Source of the DNA: Elusimicrobiota bacterium
GTDB lineage: Bacteria; Elusimicrobiota; Elusimicrobia; UBA1565; UBA9628
DNA length: 64,000 nucleotides
NCBI GenBank assembly: GCA_027319565.1
Contig: DAHVNA010000004.1
Span: 1 to 64,000 of the forward strand
Reading direction: 5' to 3'
The notes under the pieces are model-generated. The model was given only the letters and a program-made list of their open reading frames with translations. It had not been told where the DNA came from and did not search any database. Made by a program: the position numbers and the translations under genes. Shown in pieces: positions 1 through 10,167 of the stretch. Numbering within the stretch: the first letter of the stretch is position 1; each line of letters begins with the position of its first letter.

Positions 1-112
1 CGCGTATCTAGCGTCGTCAACTTCAATTAAGGGATGGCCAAGACTCCAGAAAGGCATCGAAAGGGCCAGTAAAAACATCCAGACAAAAGAGGATGGGAGA
101 CGTTTAAAATTT

Positions 113-1147
113 TCAAGCCACTTCAAGGAGCACCTTCCCAAAATGATTCTGTTCGGCTAAATATTGATGGGCTTTCGCCGCGTCTTTAAGGGGGAAAATT
201 TTGTCTATGCTCGGGCGCAATTGGCCGAGATTGATGAGTTGAGAGACTGTTCTCATCTCGGAAAGATTTCCCATTTTGGCGCCTAAGATCTGGAGCTGTC
301 GGCTAAAGAGGTAGCGCATGTCCAAGTTGACGATAGGTCCGCTGGTAGAGCCGCAGCTGATGAGTTTTCCGCCAAAAGCGAGACTCTTAAGCGCGGCTTC
401 AAAAACCGTGGGGCCCACATGTTCAAAGACGATGTCGGCCATTTTCCCGCCGGTGATTTTTATGACCTGCCGCGTGATGTCTTGGGGCGGGCTCTGGATG
501 ACGGCATCGGCTTTGAGCTCTTGGGCCTTTTTTAATTTTTCTGTCGAGCGCGATACGGCGATGACAAAGGCCTTATTCCATTTCGCGATTTGAATCGCGG
601 CGCTTCCCACCCCGCTTCCCGCGCCCATGACCAGCACAATTTGATTGGGGCGGAGTTTCCCTAATCCGATCAGCATATGCCAGGCGGTTAAAAAAGTGAG
701 AGGAAAGGCCGCGCCCTCTTCAAAGCTGACGGAAGGAGAAAGCGGCAATAGGTATTTTTCCGGAACGCTGATATATTCCGCGTAGCCGCCCGCTCCGCCT
801 TGCGCGCCGATAATGCCGTATTGGGAACAATAGCTGTCTTGTCCGCTGACGCAAAAATCGCAGGAACCGCAGAATCTTCCCGGAGAGACCGCGACCCGGT
901 CGCCAACTTTGACGGAAGAAACTCCGGGCCCGAGTTCCGCGACTTCCCCGGAGACGTCCGAACCCGGAATATGCGGCAATTTAATTTTATAGGAGGGAAT
1001 TCCTTCCCGGATCCAGAGATCGAGATGATTGAGCGCGCAGAACTTAACGCGCACCAAGGCCTCGCCCTCTTTAGGCGCGGGCTTTGAAATCTCCGTCCAT
1101 TTGAGATTTTCGGGACCCCCGAAGTTTTCGAGAATGACGGCCTTCAT
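113..1147 (-). CDS. Zinc-binding alcohol dehydrogenase / quinone oxidoreductase (MDR family)
   Basis: CALNHLD, PHIPGSD, structural Zn motif CGSCDFC...C, GAGSGVG Rossmann motif, C-terminal GKVLL. Confidence 0.9.
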   Translation of the reverse strand: MKAVILENFGGPENLKWTEISKPAPKEGEALVRVKFCALNHLDLWIREGIPSYKIKLPHIPGSDVSGEVAELGPGVSSVKVGDRVAVSPGRFCGSCDFCVSGQDSYCSQYGIIGAQGGAGGYAEYISVPEKYLLPLSPSVSFEEGAAFPLTFLTAWHMLIGLGKLRPNQIVLVMGAGSGVGSAAIQIAKWNKAFVIAVSRSTEKLKKAQELKADAVIQSPPQDITRQVIKITGGKMADIVFEHVGPTVFEAALKSLAFGGKLISCGSTSGPIVNLDMRYLFSRQLQILGAKMGNLSEMRTVSQLINLGQLRPSIDKIFPLKDAAKAHQYLAEQNHFGKVLLEVA

Positions 1148-1156
1148 CGGGATTTC

Positions 1157-2152
1157 TCAGCGCGCGATCGGCGCTTTTTTGGGTTCGATATATTCTTTTT
1201 CCTCCATCCAATCGTCGTTATAGATTTTGGAAAGGTATCTCATTCCGGTGTCGGGGAGTAAAACCACCACGAGATCTTTGTCGCTGAGTTTTTTGGCCAG
1301 TTCTAATGCGGCCCAAACTGCGGCTCCAGAAGAGCCTCCCGCGAAAATTCCTTCTTCGGTTGCGAGGCGTCGAGTCGCCAAAAAGGCGTCTTTGTCGGTC
1401 ACTTGAATGACGTCATCTGGAAGTTTTAAATCCATCGTCGCCGGAAACATGTCTTCGCCGATTCCCTCGATGACGTAGGGCCGGGCCTCGCCTTTGCGGT
1501 CAAACTTTATTTTCTCGTAATAAATCGAGCCGATGGGGTCCGCTCCGACGACTTTCACCTTCGGATTTTGATCTTTTAAATAGCGTCCGGTTCCGCTGAT
1601 GGTGCCGCCGGTTCCCATTCCGGCGACAAAGTGCGTGACCTTTCCTTCGGTGTCTTTCCAAATTTCAGGCCCGGTGGTTCGGTAATGGGTTTTGGGGTTT
1701 TCCGGATTGAAATATTGATTGGGGTAAAATGAATTGGGAATTTCCTTGGAAAGCCTCTCCGCGACGGAGTAGAAGCTTTGGGGATCCTCGGGCTCGACTG
1801 CGGTCGGGCAAACGATGACTTCCGCTCCCAGCGCCTTGAGAAGGTTGATTTTTTCGCGCGATTGCTTGTCGGTGATCGTAAAAATCAATTTGTAGCCCTT
1901 AATCGAAGCCGCCAGCGCCAGTCCAATGCCGGTGTTTCCCGAGGTTCCTTCTATAATCGTCCCGCCGGGCTTTAAAATTCCGCGTCTTTCCGCGTCTTCA
2001 ATCATCGCGATTCCAATCCGGTCTTTAACCGAACCGCCGGGGTTGAAGAATTCGCATTTGACATAGACCGAAGCCTTGAGATTCTTGGTCATGCGGTTGA
2101 GGCGAACGAGCGGCGTGTTTCCAATGGTTTCTAGTATGTTTTCGTATTTCAT
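1157..2152 (-). CDS. PLP-dependent cysteine synthase / cystathionine beta-synthase family
   Basis: IGNTPLV, NPGGSVKDR (PLP lysine), TSGNTG, GMGTGGT; start moved to MKYENIL (2152) so it does not overlap recR. Confidence 0.9.
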   Translation of the reverse strand: MKYENILETIGNTPLVRLNRMTKNLKASVYVKCEFFNPGGSVKDRIGIAMIEDAERRGILKPGGTIIEGTSGNTGIGLALAASIKGYKLIFTITDKQSREKINLLKALGAEVIVCPTAVEPEDPQSFYSVAERLSKEIPNSFYPNQYFNPENPKTHYRTTGPEIWKDTEGKVTHFVAGMGTGGTISGTGRYLKDQNPKVKVVGADPIGSIYYEKIKFDRKGEARPYVIEGIGEDMFPATMDLKLPDDVIQVTDKDAFLATRRLATEEGIFAGGSSGAAVWAALELAKKLSDKDLVVVLLPDTGMRYLSKIYNDDWMEEKEYIEPKKAPIAR

Positions 2153-2153
2153 G

Positions 2154-2747
2154 TTATACCTCTTGTCTTCGTGTGAGCGCTTCGGAGAGCGTTCTTTCAT
2201 CCAAATAATCGATGTCTCCGCCCAGGGGAACGCCGTGGGCGATGCGGGTAATTTTGACCGGAACCTCTTTTAAAAGCCGGGTTAAATAAAGAGCGGTGGC
2301 TTCTCCTTCCGTGTCCGGGTCGGTCGCTAAAATGATTTCCCCGGTCCCGGGCAAAAACGCGCGGGCGCGGGAGAGAAGTTCTTCTATTTTTAAATGCTGA
2401 GGAAATTTCCCGTCTAAGGGAGATAGCGCGCCATGAAGGACATGATAAAGTCCGCGGTAGCTTCGCGCCCGTTCAAAAGCGACGACGTCTTGAGGCTCTT
2501 CGACCACGCATAAAACCGCGGGATCGCGGCTTTCATCCGCGCAGATGCGGCAAATTTCTTCTTCGGTAAAATCGAGGCATTGTCGGCACAGGCGCATCGC
2601 GGTTTTGGCTTCCCGGATCGCGGAGATTAAACCCTCGGCCTCGTTTTGCGGGGAGCGTAAAAGAAAAAGGGCCATTCGTTCCGCTTGTTTTGGGCCGATG
2701 CCGGGCAAGCGCTTAAGAGCGGCCGTCAGTTTTTGAAAGGATTTCAT
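2154..2747 (-). CDS. recR: Recombination mediator RecR
   Basis: LPGIGPKQAER HhH, C4 zinc finger, CVVE, YHVLHG, TOPRIM EGEATA, TRIAHGVPLGG. Confidence 0.97.
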   Translation of the reverse strand: MKSFQKLTAALKRLPGIGPKQAERMALFLLRSPQNEAEGLISAIREAKTAMRLCRQCLDFTEEEICRICADESRDPAVLCVVEEPQDVVAFERARSYRGLYHVLHGALSPLDGKFPQHLKIEELLSRARAFLPGTGEIILATDPDTEGEATALYLTRLLKEVPVKITRIAHGVPLGGDIDYLDERTLSEALTRRQEV

Positions 2748-4318
2748 TTTTTGACGATTCTTCCCCCTAGAATTTGACGAGCCTTGTTGAAAGATTCTTC
2801 CGCGGGGTTGGGCGCGGACAAAGAACGCGCGGGAGCTTTCTCGGTGATTTCAAGCGCGATGAGGGTTTTCGCGAGCTTGCTTAAGGCTTCTTGAATGAAG
2901 GCTAAATTCTTTTTCGCTTGGGAGGCGTCGAAAGATTGCGCGAAAATCAGGCGCCAGCGCTGCGGAGAGTCTTGCGATAATTCGGCCTTGGAAAGAGCGG
3001 CCGCTAGCGCCGGCTTTTCAGATTCAAAGGATTTGAGAAATTGAGTCCACATGTCCGAGTGAACGGCGGGGCTTGTTTCTTTTGAATCCGTCTCATCTGA
3101 AAGTTCGGAGGGTTCAGCGGGTTCGAAATCATCCAAAGCGTCTGATTCCGCAGCTGACTCCGCGACTACTGGAGAAGAGTTTTGCGGAATTTTTCCCGCG
3201 CTTAAACGCGCTTCCAAAGCTTCCAAGCGCTTGACCCATGAGGGTAAATCCGAAGCCGCTTCCAAGGTTCCAAAAAGGCCGAGCTCGAGATTAAGAAAGG
3301 GCGAATCGCTTAAACGCAAGTCTTGAATAATGGCGTTAAGCCTCTTTAAAATAAAGGTCAGGGCCTCAAGGCTGGTTTTTTTCTTGAGGTTTTCCGCTGC
3401 GCCTTTTAGAGAGATGGGCGAATAAAAACTGCGGTAAATTTCGTGGAAGAAACTGCGGATATCCTTGACGATTTGAGCGGGGTCCAAACCCTCTTCCTCG
3501 GCCTTGACGAGAAGTTTGCCCAAATTTTCCTTATTTCTGTCGATGAGAGATTCGGCGAAACTCTCAATTGTTTCCTTGGGGGAAAATCCCAATAAATTTC
3601 TGACGGAAGTCTCGGTCAAGGGGTCGTGGCTGGAAGAGCGGCATTGATCCAGCAAACTGATCGCGTCTCGCGCCGCGCCTTCGGAGGCCTGGGCTAAAAG
3701 AAAAAGAGCCTGGGAATCCACTTCAATTTTTTCTTGTTGGGCGATAGAAGCGAGATGCTGCGCGAGAATTTCATTGGACAAGGGCCGAAAGCGAAAACGC
3801 TGGCACCGGGAGACGATCGTTGGCGGAATTTTGGATGATTCCGTGGTCGCCAGAATAAACACGACCCGCGGCGGGGGCTCTTCCAGGGTTTTTAAAAGGG
3901 CGTTGAAGGCGGCGCTTGAGAGCATATGCGCTTCGTCGATAATAAAAATTTTGTAGCGATCGCGATGGGGGACCAGGCTTAAGGTCTCGATAATCGCTTC
4001 CCGGACATTGTCGACGCCGGTGTTTGAGGCCGCGTCCATTTCCAAAACGTCCAGGGAATTTGAACGCGCGATTTCCAGACAGGAATCGCATTCAAGGCAA
4101 GGTTCAGGGGAAAGGCCTTTTGCACAGTTGAGAGATTTGGCGAGAATTCTCGCCGTGGTGGTTTTCCCCACGCCGCGCGGCCCGGTAAAAAGGTAGGCGG
4201 GATATATCTTTCCGGCCTTAAGCGCGTTTTTTAGGGTTTTTGAAACCGTTTCTTGGCCGATGACTTCGTCGAAATTTCGGGGCCTAAATTTTCGCGCTAG
4301 AGGAACGTAATCGCTCAT
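2744..4318 (-). CDS. dnaX: DNA polymerase III subunit gamma/tau
   Basis: ARKFRP, Walker A GPRGVGKTT, DAASNTGVD, IIDEAHML, NALLKTLEEPP, SRC motif. Confidence 0.97.
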   Translation of the reverse strand: MSDYVPLARKFRPRNFDEVIGQETVSKTLKNALKAGKIYPAYLFTGPRGVGKTTTARILAKSLNCAKGLSPEPCLECDSCLEIARSNSLDVLEMDAASNTGVDNVREAIIETLSLVPHRDRYKIFIIDEAHMLSSAAFNALLKTLEEPPPRVVFILATTESSKIPPTIVSRCQRFRFRPLSNEILAQHLASIAQQEKIEVDSQALFLLAQASEGAARDAISLLDQCRSSSHDPLTETSVRNLLGFSPKETIESFAESLIDRNKENLGKLLVKAEEEGLDPAQIVKDIRSFFHEIYRSFYSPISLKGAAENLKKKTSLEALTFILKRLNAIIQDLRLSDSPFLNLELGLFGTLEAASDLPSWVKRLEALEARLSAGKIPQNSSPVVAESAAESDALDDFEPAEPSELSDETDSKETSPAVHSDMWTQFLKSFESEKPALAAALSKAELSQDSPQRWRLIFAQSFDASQAKKNLAFIQEALSKLAKTLIALEITEKAPARSLSAPNPAEESFNKARQILGGRIVKK

Positions 4319-4698
4319 CTTAACACTCTTTCTCCGTCAAAACTCAGCGCGCCCGGGCCGAAGGCCAAAACCATGAGTAGTCCCCCCATGATGGCCAGAT
4401 TCTTGATTAAGTGGGTCCGCTGATCGGGAGTGACGTGAAAGATGAGCGTGACCGGAATTAAAAATGCGGTTAAAAGAGCGGCTCCCCAGCGGCTGTAAAA
4501 ACCCAGGGCCAAGGAGAGCCCGCCGGCGGCTTCAATTAAAATCGCCAGGGCGCAGAGAAAGTAAGGAGAGGGAATTCCATAGACCATCATGGTCTGAGCC
4601 GTCGCATCGAAATGGAGCATCTTTCCGAACGCGGCGGCGAGAAAGGTCAATGCGAGCAGTAAACGCCCTAAAAAGGCGCAATAGTCTTGACGGGCCAC
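4315..4698 (-). CDS. DoxX family membrane protein
   Basis: GRLLLA...GK, E..GGL.LALG, KNLAIMGGLL, GPGALSFD; four hydrophobic segments. Confidence 0.9.
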   Translation of the reverse strand: MARQDYCAFLGRLLLALTFLAAAFGKMLHFDATAQTMMVYGIPSPYFLCALAILIEAAGGLSLALGFYSRWGAALLTAFLIPVTLIFHVTPDQRTHLIKNLAIMGGLLMVLAFGPGALSFDGERVLR

Positions 4699-4868
4699 TT
4701 AGACGAAGATATCAAAGGGGCTTTGCCTCTGTCAAATGGGTAAAACAAGCGAGTCGACGGAATTCCGAAAGCCAAGGCCAAAATATCAGAGGATTTCACG
4801 CGTGAAGCGTTGGTGTTCTCTGGGTAAGCAGGAAAAGGCGACTTAAACCGTTCTTGAGCATGCGGAAC

Positions 4869-5444
4869 TTATCTGTAAGGATTGGGGAGAAGCCGCCTAA
4901 ACATCCGAGCGTAGTCCGGAATTTGCCAGTGGGCGTTGAGCCCGCTGGGGTTGGGAAAAACCCAGAGCCAGGTGTTTCCGATTTTCTCCCGCTGAAGCCC
5001 GACGCGAGCGCGGGGGTGGTCAAAAGCCTCGCGGTAAAGCCCGAGCCCCAGAAAAGCGGCGTGATCGGGCTTATAGCGCAAAATCTTTCGCGTGAGGAGA
5101 TGAGCCCCACGGCGCAACTCTTCGCGGCTGAGTTCGTCAGCCCGCGCTGTCGCCCGAGAGACGATGTTGGTGATGCCGATATCGGATTTGAGCAGCTTCT
5201 CCGATTCATAAGGAGAGAGCGGGTGGCGCAAGAGTCCCGAGAGGTTGAGAGCTGGCCAGAAGCGATTGCCGGGTCTCCCAAAGTGATGGCCGATCGCCGC
5301 CGTGTAGAGGCCGGGGTTAATTCCGACAAAGAGGACGTGAAGCCGCGGGCGGATTATATCCTTGACAGTTTTTTCTCGGGCGGCTTCTAAATCCGCTTTC
5401 GTGGGACGCTTGCGGTCCTCATCAGAAAAAATTTTAGCGGCCAT
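4869..5444 (-). CDS. mug: G/U mismatch-specific DNA glycosylase
   Basis: VLFVGINPGL, HF..PGNRFW, GITNIV.R, PNPSGLNAH. Confidence 0.92.
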   Translation of the reverse strand: MAAKIFSDEDRKRPTKADLEAAREKTVKDIIRPRLHVLFVGINPGLYTAAIGHHFGRPGNRFWPALNLSGLLRHPLSPYESEKLLKSDIGITNIVSRATARADELSREELRRGAHLLTRKILRYKPDHAAFLGLGLYREAFDHPRARVGLQREKIGNTWLWVFPNPSGLNAHWQIPDYARMFRRLLPNPYR

Positions 5445-5534
5445 AAGTTCAAACCCAAGCTACAAAATAGATTCAGCGCGAGTAAAGTTTAAGCCTCGGT
5501 CTGTCATCCGCCTATAAAGTAAAATAAAAACATT

Positions 5535-6260
5535 ATGTTTGAATCTTGGGCCTTGGTGGCCGTGGCGGCCTTATTGGGTTCCACCCTTGCGGGAGTCACC
5601 GGCTTTGGCGGAGCCGCGATTTTACTGCCACCCCTTGTTTTCATTTTCGGAGTCAAAGGCGCCATTCCCATTTTGACAGTCGCGCAGTTGATTGGAAACG
5701 CAAGCCGGGTCTATTTTCACAGAGAAGCCCTAGATTGGAAGGTCGTCGGTTATTTTGGATTGGCCGCCGTGCCAAGCGCTATTCTCGGCGCCTATTTATT
5801 TTCCGTGGTGAACGCGTCCTTGATTCTTCGGGTCTTGGGCGTTTTTCTTTTGGCGACGGCTCTTTGGCGGCACTCGGGCGCGCAAAAAATCCCGAAATTT
5901 CCGGCTGCCGGCTTTCTTGGAGTGGGCGCGGTGTTTAGCTTTTTATCCGCCATTGTGGGCAGCGTAGGGCCGTTTATCGTGCCGTTTTTTCTGTCCTACG
6001 GGCTAGTCAAAAGCGCCTTCATCGGAACGGAAGCCCTGTGCACCGTCTTGATGCATATCGCCAAAATAGCGATTTATGGACGCACCGATCTTCTCTCTTA
6101 CCAATCGGCCTTTTTCGGGCTGGCTCTGGGGCCCTTGATGATTTTAGGCTCCTGGACAGGAAAGAAAATCGTCGACCGCATCCCCGAGAGGGTTTTTGTC
6201 ATTCTCGTTGAGATGACTCTTGTCCTCGCGGGCCTAAGCTTTCTTTTCAGGCCCGCCTGA
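5535..6260 (+). CDS. Sulfite exporter TauE/SafE family membrane protein
   Basis: G.TGFGGA.I..P.L repeat unit, about 8 TM segments. Confidence 0.85.
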   Translation: MFESWALVAVAALLGSTLAGVTGFGGAAILLPPLVFIFGVKGAIPILTVAQLIGNASRVYFHREALDWKVVGYFGLAAVPSAILGAYLFSVVNASLILRVLGVFLLATALWRHSGAQKIPKFPAAGFLGVGAVFSFLSAIVGSVGPFIVPFFLSYGLVKSAFIGTEALCTVLMHIAKIAIYGRTDLLSYQSAFFGLALGPLMILGSWTGKKIVDRIPERVFVILVEMTLVLAGLSFLFRPA

Positions 6261-6302
6261 CTTCTTTAAGAATTCTTGCTAAAATGGAAATCGGAGGGTA
6301 AT

Positions 6303-6878
6303 ATGGAACCAATCAAAATTAATCCATCAAAAACCGCTTTTGTTTCTATTGATCTGCAGAAAGGAATCCTGGGGTTTCCCACCCTGCCCCATTCGCCCCA
6401 AGAGGTTGTCAAAAACGCCAAGTCGCTCGCCGACGATTTGCGCTCTAAAGGTGGTTTTGTCGTCTGGGTGCGCGTCGCGATGGCCAAAGATGGGAAAGAT
6501 CGGCTGGATATTCCCTGCGATTCTCCAATGGCGATGAAATCTCTCCCCCCCGATTGGTCCGAGATTTCTTCCGATCTTGATATTCAGCCTGGGGATCATA
6601 TCGTGACTAAAAAGCAATGGGGAGCTTTTTATGGAACCGACCTTGAGCTTCAGCTCAGGCGCCGCAATCTCGACACGATCATCCTTGGCGGCATCGCGAC
6701 TTGTTTCGGAGTTGAAAGCACCGCCCGAGCCGCCTATGAGCTGGGCTTTAGGCAGATTTTCGCTCAAGACGCCATGTCTTGTCTGAGCGTGGAAAGCCAC
6801 GAACACGCCCTAGCCCGCGTATTTCCGCGTATGGGACACGTGCGAAGCGTCGCTGAGATTTTAAGCGCGCTAAAATAA
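6303..6878 (+). CDS. Isochorismatase-family cysteine hydrolase (YecD-like)
   Basis: IDLQKG, KKQWGAFYGTDLELQLRRR, GIATCFGVESTAR; GGAGG RBS before ATG 6303. Confidence 0.9.
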   Translation: MEPIKINPSKTAFVSIDLQKGILGFPTLPHSPQEVVKNAKSLADDLRSKGGFVVWVRVAMAKDGKDRLDIPCDSPMAMKSLPPDWSEISSDLDIQPGDHIVTKKQWGAFYGTDLELQLRRRNLDTIILGGIATCFGVESTARAAYELGFRQIFAQDAMSCLSVESHEHALARVFPRMGHVRSVAEILSALK

Positions 6879-6975
6879 AATCTCGAAGCTCTTTTGGCTA
6901 GATTGGTGTCTTCGGTCTTGGGGAGTAGATGTTATAATCTAATCATCAAGACCTTTCGGGTCTTTTGCTGAAATC

Positions 6976-7395
6976 GTGAAAATTCAATCGGGCTTTAATA
7001 TTATTTGCGCGGCTTTTCTGTGCTTGGGGCTTGCCTCCTGCAAAAAATTCAGAGGCAATCTGGCCATTTCAGGTTCGATTACCGTTTCCGGGAATCTCAT
7101 CAATGAAGTCATGCATCGGGAAGAGTCCTTGTTCATCGTGGTCAAAGACGCCGGGGGAACGCCCATTGCGGTTAAGCGCATTGTCAACCCTCAGTTTCCC
7201 GTTTTCTATAAAATCAACTCCGATGATCTTTTGCTCCCCGATGCTCATTTAAAATATCCGCTGACGGTGGAAGCCCAGTTGAGCACAAAGGGGAAAATCG
7301 GTCCTCCGGTTCCCGGCGATTTTGTCGGCATCTATCCAAACTCCGTCAGCCCGCGACAAAGCCGGGTCGGGATTGTCATTAACCGATATCTGTAA
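6976..7395 (+). CDS. Lipoprotein resembling the CcmI/CycH C-terminal domain
   Basis: Lipobox LASC; ISGSITV, LFIVVK..GG.PIAVKR..PQFP, VEA.LS..G...P.PGD..G pattern. Confidence 0.6.
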   Translation: MKIQSGFNIICAAFLCLGLASCKKFRGNLAISGSITVSGNLINEVMHREESLFIVVKDAGGTPIAVKRIVNPQFPVFYKINSDDLLLPDAHLKYPLTVEAQLSTKGKIGPPVPGDFVGIYPNSVSPRQSRVGIVINRYL

Positions 7396-7462
7396 AAGCG
7401 GCTCTTAAGCTCTGTTTCAGAGCCTTAAGGGAACTTTTTTCGCCTTCAACCGTAAGAAGGGT

Positions 7463-8179
7463 GTGAACTTTCAGCTTTGGGGGCGAAAATGCCTGGATAT
7501 TCTTTGGCCGCCGATTTGCGCGCATTGCAGGAGAGGTTTGTCCAGTAGCGTCAGCGGAACTCTATGCCATTCTTGCCGCGCGCAATTAATTCCCTTAGAA
7601 GCGCCGTTTTGCTTAAGATGCGCGGACGTGTCCAATCTTGTCAGCGCTCTTTGCGTTTCCTGCCGGAATAAAAAATTCGCCTGTCGACTCATTCGCGCGG
7701 CCTTTCTCTACCGGGGGCCCATTCATTCCTGGGTCTATTCTTTTAAATACCGGGGAAGATTTCCCGCCGCCCAAGAAGCCGGCCGATTAATGGCGCGAAA
7801 TTGGGCCCGCTTTCGAGAACTTCCGCCGCCGGATATCTTGGTTTCCGTTCCTCTTCATTTCCGACGGGAAAACGAAAGAGGATACAATCAGGCGGAGATT
7901 TTGGCCCGGGCTATCTCGAAAGAAACCGGCATTCCGGTTTTAAGTCCGCTCATTCGCGTTCGCGAGACTCAGGCGCAATGGAAATTAGACAAGAAAAGCC
8001 GCCAGCGGAATATCGCCGGGGCTTTTAAAGTCGCCCGCCCGGGAGATGTTTTGGGGAGGCGGATAGTCTTAATCGATGATGTCTGCACGACCGGCTTTTC
8101 TCTTGAGGCCTGCGCCGAGGCGCTCAAAGAGCGTGGCGCTATTGATGTCTGCGCTTATGCCTTTGCGCGCGAGATTTAA
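7463..8179 (+). CDS. comF: ComF family competence protein (double zinc ribbon + PRTase)
   Basis: Four CxxC pairs, VPLH..R..ERGYNQA, LIDDVCTTG. Confidence 0.9.
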   Translation: MNFQLWGRKCLDILWPPICAHCRRGLSSSVSGTLCHSCRAQLIPLEAPFCLRCADVSNLVSALCVSCRNKKFACRLIRAAFLYRGPIHSWVYSFKYRGRFPAAQEAGRLMARNWARFRELPPPDILVSVPLHFRRENERGYNQAEILARAISKETGIPVLSPLIRVRETQAQWKLDKKSRQRNIAGAFKVARPGDVLGRRIVLIDDVCTTGFSLEACAEALKERGAIDVCAYAFAREI

Positions 8180-8200
8180 ATCGGGAAGGTATTTCAATTA

Positions 8201-8324
8201 TGTCACCCTGACGGAAGTCGGGCCGAAGCGCAAAGTCTTTCTAAAAGGCGCTCCGGCACGCTCTCGCTTCGCGAGCGAAGCCAGGGTCCAGTATCTGGAT
8301 TCCGGCTTATGCCGGAATGATGAC
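8201..8324. repeat. REP-like palindromic element
   Basis: GTCACCCTGAC...CAGGGTCCAG TAT CTGGATTCCGGCTTATGCCGGAATGA; nested hairpins; its right half resembles the ends of the 59605-59738 element. Confidence 0.65.
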
Positions 8325-8354
8325 AACGGCTTACGCGAGTTTTTGGGAGAAAGA

Positions 8355-10167
8355 TATGCCGCTAGACTATTTTCGCCGCCCTTCTTTTATGTGCCTTTGT
8401 GTTTACATCGCCATTTTGTCCTTGGCTTATCATTTCGGATATTTAGGCATTGGTTTTAAGAAGGCTTTACAGCCCGCGCTTTCCTTTGATTCCGGATTTT
8501 TAGTTTTGGCCCAAAGCCCGAGCCAGGAGGGTTGGGGCGGATGGATTTTTGAAGGCAAAATTCTCCGCTTGCCGATACGCGGCCTGGTTTTGGCGCGTTT
8601 TCCCAGAAATTTTCCTTTGTTAGACGTTCGCCCGGGCGATATGGTTTTGGTTTCCGGGGAACTCAAGCTCCCCGAGCCCGCTCGCAACCCCGGAGATTTC
8701 GATGTTCGCTCTTTTTTCTCCATTCATGGAATTTCCTACAGAATAGACGCCTACTCGTTGAAATTCATCTCGCGCTCGATCGACGCGCGCTGGAAAATCT
8801 TTTCCTGGCCTTTTGCATTCCGGAAATCCATTCAAAGGGTTTTTTACTCGCGATTGGATCCGGTTAAAGCCCGGCTTTTAAGCGGAATGGTTTTGGGGCT
8901 TAAAGGGCGTCTACCCAAGATTCTGAACCGGCAAATTCAAAACGCGGGAGTGATGCACTTATTGGTTCCCTCCGGGACCAAGGTCGCGCTGATTTTGGCG
9001 GGAATTTGGTTTTTGGCTTTAAGAGCCTCTTTGAGGCCTTTTATCCGCTTCTGTTTGGCTGCATTGGCCGGAGGTTTTTACGCTATCGCCGTCGGCGGAG
9101 CGCCTCCTTACGTCAGAGCCCTTTTGGCCGCTTTATTTTTCGAGTGGGGTTTAAGGAGCGGGCGCGACGCGGTTCCTTTTCAAGCCTTGGTTTTATCGGC
9201 GTGGACGGAACTTCTGTGGGATCCGCTCTCTTTGTTTTCGATGGGATTTCAGATGAGTTACGCGGCGGCCTTCGGTCTTATCATCGGGTTTCCTCATTTG
9301 GAGAGGTATTCGGCGATCTTTAAGGGAAATTTTGGGCGGAGAATTTTTCAAATATTGGGCGCGACCGTGATTGTGGAAGCGGTTCTTTGGCCGATATTCG
9401 CCTTGGGTTTTGGCTGCGCTCCATTTTTAGGCGCATTGGCCAATTTAATCCTTTTTCCCTTGGCGGGAGCGTTCATGTTTGGCGGCTTGGCTTTATGGCT
9501 AAGCGCCTTGACCCATCTTGAATTGATATCTCAAATGCTGACCTGGGGCTTAAACCAGGGTCTGTCGTTTTTCTGCGCGGTTTGCCGGTTTTTTTCCGGA
9601 CTGCCTCTGTCTTTTGTTTTCTTATCTCATTGGAGCCCTTTTTCCCTCATGGCTTATTATCTGGCCCTGTTTTCTCTTTTCTTTTGGCCCAGATGGAAAC
9701 TCACGGCTTATTTCGCGGCGGCGGCCTTGTCGGTTTTACTCTTTGGCCTTATCCGTAATCTGATATCCCAGCCGCGGACGGCAATCACCTATTGGAGCCT
9801 CCCGCGCGGCCAAGCCGCTTTAATTGAAGAAAAAACCGGCGGGGCATCTTTAGTTTTTTCCAGGGCCAATGCGGGCGTGGTCCTTAAGATTCTTCGCGCT
9901 CAAGGCGTCAGTCGAATACGGAACTTGTTTTTATTGCCGGGTTCCTCTTCTTTTGAGGCGGAAAGACTTGCCTCCAATTTAAAGATTCTCGCGGTTCAAA
10001 AAGAAAAAGCCGATTTTCAAATCCAGAGAGGGGGTTACCGTTTTTATTTTTCCCCTCCCGAAATCCAAGAGGGGACAAAGAAGTTTGGTATAATCACTTC
10101 GCTGCGCCGCCATGCCGTGAGGGCGGAAATCAATGACCGCGGAATAAAAATCGATGCGAGCTTTTAA
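8355..10167 (+). CDS. comEC: ComEC/Rec2 competence channel (DUF4131 + competence domain, degenerate C-terminus)
   Basis: PGD.V...G.L..P....NPGDFD, AG..HL...SG, P..L...GFQ.SY, NL...P; follows comF; start at MPLDY assumed because 8317 lies inside the repeat. Confidence 0.85.

Noticed and set aside
3370..3390. Programmed frameshift or slippage site in dnaX (A7 run on the minus strand)
   Set aside because: Not the A AAA AAG heptamer, shorter than known slippage runs, and no evident stimulatory hairpin.
4699..4868. SRP RNA (ffs) or tRNA upstream of dnaX; ybaB between dnaX and recR
   Set aside because: No SRP domain IV motif or cloverleaf visible; dnaX overlaps recR directly, so ybaB is simply absent here, which is not unusual.
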